Positions 60,109 through 64,000 of a DNA stretch of 64,000 nt are shown piece by piece (position 1 is the first letter of the stretch; every line of letters begins with the position of its first letter). The translations under genes and the position numbers were made by a program. The notes beneath the pieces were generated by a model. That model worked only from the letters and a program-made list of their open reading frames with translations, made no database searches and was not told the origin of the DNA. The DNA is from Nitrospirota bacterium (GTDB lineage Bacteria > Nitrospirota > Thermodesulfovibrionia > Thermodesulfovibrionales > Dissulfurispiraceae): NCBI GenBank assembly GCA_963790025.1, contig CAWBMP010000002.1, forward strand, positions 1 through 64,000, read 5' to 3'.

Positions 60109-61378
60109 CTTCAGCCCTGCCGGGATGCTCTTCAGGTCAGTCGTGGCCGCCGCCGGCGCACTCGTTGCTGCATACCTGCTTTGGAAGCTGCGGAGCCTCA
60201 TCGTTCCCATTGTTGTCAGCAGCTTGATAGCGTACATCTGTCGCCCTCTCGTTATCCACCTGGAGCGTCACCGGATGCCGCGAGGCTTGGCGATTTGGCT
60301 GTTGCTTGTCGTGTTTGTGCTTGCAGCTCTTTTCATCGCGAATCGGGTGCGCACTATCATGCCCAGTGAAATCGGGGCCCTCGAGCTCAGGGTCCGCGCG
60401 ATCTACAAGATCAACGAAGGATACAAGAACCTGATGGGACTTGACCAGTCTCTGACCAGAGGCAATTGGATCTACCGATTGGCGCACGGCGAGCTGGACC
60501 CTATAGTGGATCGGACCAACCGGCTTCTGGCCCTTACGCCGGAAGAGCGCGCCCAGTTCCTCGCCTCGCGCTTTCGTGGTCCCGAGGCGCTGGCCGGGTC
60601 CGACCGTTTGCTCGATTACCTTCGCGCAAATCTCCAGACGCTCAGGGTCCGCGAGCCGGCAGCATTACGGGAAACCGGGGAGGTTAAAACAGCGCTTCCG
60701 GCTGTTGCCCAGACGGCGACATCGCCATTGAAAACTCCTATCGCAACGCTGAGCCACATCCTTTCCACCTGGATCATAGCACCTCTGATCTTCTTATTCC
60801 TGCTGCGGGACACCGGCGAGATCAAGCGAGGCCTTCTCAGAGCGGTCCCCAACCGTCTGTTCGAACCGGCGCTGGCGGTCCTGGCAGATCTCGATCGCGC
60901 GCTGGGTGACTACATGCGCGGCATCTTCCTAGAGTGCGCCTTGCTGGGCCTCACCGTGATGCTGCTTCTCGCCGTCGTGGGCGTCCCCCCCCGCTGGGCG
61001 ATCGCCATCGGCATCTTAGCCGGCGCGACCAACGTGATTCCATACCTGGGCTCGGCGGTCGCCTTGATGGGAGGGCTGGCCTATGCCCTCTTGGCCGAGG
61101 AAATCCATCCTATCCTGCCGATAGTGAACACAGGGAACATCACGATCTGGGTGATTGCCGCCGTGGGACTGGCCGAACTGCTCAAGAACGTTTTTTACGA
61201 ACCGCTCGTCCTCGGTGGCGCGGTCAAGCTTCACCCGCTCGTGGTGGTAATCGGGGTTGTGGGCGGCGGCATCCTGTTCGACCTTGCAGGGGTGCTGCTT
61301 GCGATACCTATGATCACCGTCTTCAAGGTCTTCGTCTCGAGCGCAGCCAGGCAACTCAAAGCCTATGAGCTGATTTGA
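60092..61378 (+). CDS. AI-2E family transporter
   Basis: AYICRPLV..LER, NVIPYLG, PLVLG.AVKLHP, GVLLAIP. Confidence 0.88.
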   Translation: MTSRNDFSPAGMLFRSVVAAAGALVAAYLLWKLRSLIVPIVVSSLIAYICRPLVIHLERHRMPRGLAIWLLLVVFVLAALFIANRVRTIMPSEIGALELRVRAIYKINEGYKNLMGLDQSLTRGNWIYRLAHGELDPIVDRTNRLLALTPEERAQFLASRFRGPEALAGSDRLLDYLRANLQTLRVREPAALRETGEVKTALPAVAQTATSPLKTPIATLSHILSTWIIAPLIFLFLLRDTGEIKRGLLRAVPNRLFEPALAVLADLDRALGDYMRGIFLECALLGLTVMLLLAVVGVPPRWAIAIGILAGATNVIPYLGSAVALMGGLAYALLAEEIHPILPIVNTGNITIWVIAAVGLAELLKNVFYEPLVLGGAVKLHPLVVVIGVVGGGILFDLAGVLLAIPMITVFKVFVSSAARQLKAYELI

Positions 61379-61462
61379 AGGGTGGTCTGATGTCGAGTTT
61401 AGAATCGCGGGGGCATCCTAAAGCAGTTGATGTCTGTTTAGTATTATTATTCGGGAAAGGGT

Positions 61463-62629
61463 TTGTGCTGCCAGATGAATGAAAGATCAGTATTCTTGGG
61501 ACAGAAAGCGGAGCTGATCATGCTGCGTCTTCCTGATGCCACGCTGACAGTGCGTCTATCAGGGGAATGGAAATTGGGGAGGCAGCTTCCGCAGCGTGAG
61601 GAGTTCCTTGGCCGGATCGAGTCTGCAGAGACGGTCAGCCGAATCACCTTTGATACTCAGGCCGTGACGGGATGGGACAGCAGCCTCATAACATTTCTTC
61701 TGGATATCACTGAGATCGGCTCCGAAATGCATCTACCTGTCGAGAAAGACGGGCTGCCGGCAGGCGTACAGCGGCTCCTGGCCCTTGCCTCTGCAGTCCC
61801 TGAAAGGAAAGGGGTCCGCAGAGAAGCAGTCAGAACCTCATTTCTCGAAAAGTTCGGCAACTCTGCGATCGCTTTCTGGTGTTCTACTCTCGAAATGCTC
61901 GGCTTCGTCGGGGAGGCTTCTGTCGCCTTTATGAAGTTGTCCGTCGGAAAGGCCCAGTTCCGCCCCTCCGATCTTCTTCTCACGATGCAGGAATGCGGTG
62001 CGCAGGCTCTTCCGATCGTCTCCCTTATCAGTATCCTTGTCGGGCTGATCCTGGCCTTTATCGGTGCCATTCAGCTCAAGATTTTCGGTGCACAGATTTA
62101 CGTCGCCAGCCTTGTGGGGATCGGGATGGTCCGGGCACTTGCGGCTGTCATGACTGGGATCATCATGGCTGGCCGTACGGGAGCATCATTCGCCGCTCAG
62201 CTCGGTACGATGCAGGTTAATGAGGAAATCGACGCCTTGAAGACCCTCGGCATCTCGCCCATGGAATTTCTCGTGCTCCCGAGAATGGTCGCCCTTTTCC
62301 TCATGATGCCTCTTTTGAGTCTTTATGCAGACTTGATGGGAATGCTCGGCGGCCTGATCGTCGGCGTCTCTATGCTTGACCTGAATTTCATGGAATACTA
62401 CAACAAGACCCGTACATCCGTTCACCTGAACGACTTGTGGGTCGGGCTCTTCAGTGCCGCGGTCTTTGGGGTCCTCGTGGCGCTTGCAGGCTGTCTCCGC
62501 GGAATGCAGTGCGGACGGTCCGCTTCGGCAGTCGGAGAGGCGACAACCTCTGCAGTGGTGACGAGCATAGTCAGCATCGTTGTGGCGATGGCCGTGATAA
62601 CCGTTGTTTGTAATGTGCTGAATATCTGA
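61463..62629 (+). CDS. mlaE: MlaE permease with N-terminal STAS-like domain
   Basis: LSGEW...WDSSL N-term; AGRTGASFAAQLGTMQVNEEIDAL; start uncertain (ATG 61475 possible). Confidence 0.88.
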   Translation: MCCQMNERSVFLGQKAELIMLRLPDATLTVRLSGEWKLGRQLPQREEFLGRIESAETVSRITFDTQAVTGWDSSLITFLLDITEIGSEMHLPVEKDGLPAGVQRLLALASAVPERKGVRREAVRTSFLEKFGNSAIAFWCSTLEMLGFVGEASVAFMKLSVGKAQFRPSDLLLTMQECGAQALPIVSLISILVGLILAFIGAIQLKIFGAQIYVASLVGIGMVRALAAVMTGIIMAGRTGASFAAQLGTMQVNEEIDALKTLGISPMEFLVLPRMVALFLMMPLLSLYADLMGMLGGLIVGVSMLDLNFMEYYNKTRTSVHLNDLWVGLFSAAVFGVLVALAGCLRGMQCGRSASAVGEATTSAVVTSIVSIVVAMAVITVVCNVLNI

Positions 62630-62645
62630 GGAGCGCAGAGCGAAA

Positions 62646-63422
62646 ATGGAAAAATCAGAGCCCCATATCGTTGTACAGGACCTAACCGTGGCCTATGGCA
62701 GCAATGTGATCCAGCATGACCTAACCTTTACCATTAACAGGGGCGACATATTCGTTATCATGGGAGGCAGTGGGTGCGGTAAGAGCACCCTTTTGCGGAG
62801 CATGGTCGGACTTTTGCCCCCGACAAGAGGACAGGTCCTCTATGACGGTCTGAGTTTCTGGTCCTCAGAGCCCGAGGAACAGAAGATCATCATGAGGAAA
62901 TTTGGCATACTATATCAGGGCGGCGCGCTCTGGAGTTCTTTCACTCTTGCTGAGAATGTTGCCCTCCCGCTCCAGCAATACACGAATCTGAGCCGAGATC
63001 AGATCAAGAAAATCGTCGCTCTCAAGCTCGCACTTGTCGGACTCGCCGGCTTCGAGGAGTACTATCCGGCTGAGATCAGTGGAGGGATGAAGAAGCGCGC
63101 AGGACTGGCCCGCGCTATGGCATTAGACCCTGAGATTCTCTTTTTTGACGAACCCTCCGCCGGGCTCGATCCGATCAGCGCGCATCTGCTTGACGAGCTG
63201 ATCATCGAACTGAGAAATAGTCTCGGGGCTACAGTAGTTGTTGTGACCCATGAACTGGCGAGCATCTTTGCGATCGGAAACAATTCGGTCTTTCTTGACG
63301 CCGACACTAAGACGATAATTGCTGCGGGAGAGCCAAGGAAACTCCTTACCGAGTCAAAGGACCCCAAAGTGATCAACTTTCTGACCCGGGGAGAGGGACG
63401 TACGCAAGAAGTGATAAGATAG
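62646..63422 (+). CDS. mlaF: MlaF-family ABC ATPase
   Basis: GGSGCGKS, ISGGMKKRAG, FFDEPSAGLDP. Confidence 0.92.
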   Translation: MEKSEPHIVVQDLTVAYGSNVIQHDLTFTINRGDIFVIMGGSGCGKSTLLRSMVGLLPPTRGQVLYDGLSFWSSEPEEQKIIMRKFGILYQGGALWSSFTLAENVALPLQQYTNLSRDQIKKIVALKLALVGLAGFEEYYPAEISGGMKKRAGLARAMALDPEILFFDEPSAGLDPISAHLLDELIIELRNSLGATVVVVTHELASIFAIGNNSVFLDADTKTIIAAGEPRKLLTESKDPKVINFLTRGEGRTQEVIR

Positions 63423-63447
63423 ATACAGATGATTGAGGAGAAAAACA

Positions 63448-64000
63448 ATGAGTAGACAGGCAAGCAAGACGCTCATCGGCGCTTTTATCCTGGGCGCTTT
63501 GGTTCTCGTCGTTGCGGGTGTAGTCGTTTTTGGTTCAGGCAAGTTCTTAAGAAAGGTCAATAAGGACGTGATGTTCTTCGAGGGCTCGGTGAAAGGGCTC
63601 CAGATCGGGGCGCCGGTTGTGTTCCGCGGTGTCCAGATAGGGCACGTGACCAATATCCTCCTGGAGGTCAATGCAAGAAACCTAACCGCTTTCGTACCGG
63701 TTTACACGGAAATCTACCCTCAAAAAATCGTGCCGATAGGGGAGAATCTCAGCTATGACCCGCGGTATCTTCAGGCTTTGATAGATAAAGGCCTGCGAGC
63801 CCAACTCCAGCTGCAGAGTTTTGTTACCGGGCAACTCATGGTCAATCTTGATTTCTATCCAAATACCCCAATAAGGCTTGTGGGCCTCGAAAAGAAGTAT
63901 CATGAAATCCCGACAATTCCTTCGGGTCTGGAGCAACTGACAAAAAGATTAGAGGAGTTGCCGCTGAGGGAGATCGCCGACAGACTAAATGAAACCCTTG
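63448..64000 (+). CDS. MCE/MlaD-family protein (runs off window; not in ORF track)
   Basis: Manual translation MSRQASKTLIGAFILGA...FEGSVKGLQIGAPVVFRGVQIG; GAGGAG RBS. Confidence 0.85.
   Translation, partial: MSRQASKTLIGAFILGALVLVVAGVVVFGSGKFLRKVNKDVMFFEGSVKGLQIGAPVVFRGVQIGHVTNILLEVNARNLTAFVPVYTEIYPQKIVPIGENLSYDPRYLQALIDKGLRAQLQLQSFVTGQLMVNLDFYPNTPIRLVGLEKKYHEIPTIPSGLEQLTKRLEELPLREIADRLNETL

Overview
Bacterial chromosomal window. Gene content (Hdr/Mvh, Hyb hydrogenase, futalosine hydrolase, type I-beta DAHP synthase, sigma54 regulators) suggests an anaerobic Nitrospirota/Desulfobacterota-like organism; this is an inference. 1-5 kb: trxB, HEAT, TPR-glycosyltransferase, LUD and HAD genes. 5.3-18.6 kb: two adjacent [NiFe]-hydrogenase systems, mvhG-mvhA-protease-[MerR-HTH::hdrC]-hdrB-hdrA-mvhD followed by hybO-A-B-C-D. 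18.6-34.5 kb: a cNMP/degenerate-AAA/ferredoxin membrane protein and housekeeping genes (mqnB, osmC-like, nadB, pyk, MCP, pheA, hisC, aroF, galE, DHH). 34.5-46 kb: accessory patchwork with two tRNA 3'-end (att-like) fragments, ParA/XRE/integrase/HAD remnants, a Crp-DUF2892 cluster and a complete IS110 element. 46-64 kb: a sigma54 activator facing a long same-strand cluster with TetR, two Mla/MCE sets, an RND::TolC fusion, glgP and an AI-2E transporter. Top signal: the IS110 element (38590-40054) can be decoded from sequence alone. It has a TC core, a promoter formed only at the circle junction, and a bridge-RNA-like ncRNA whose guide loops match both the donor junction and a REP-like inverted-repeat target. 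Second: HdrC carries an N-terminal MerR-type HTH, with a dyad inside its own promoter spacer.
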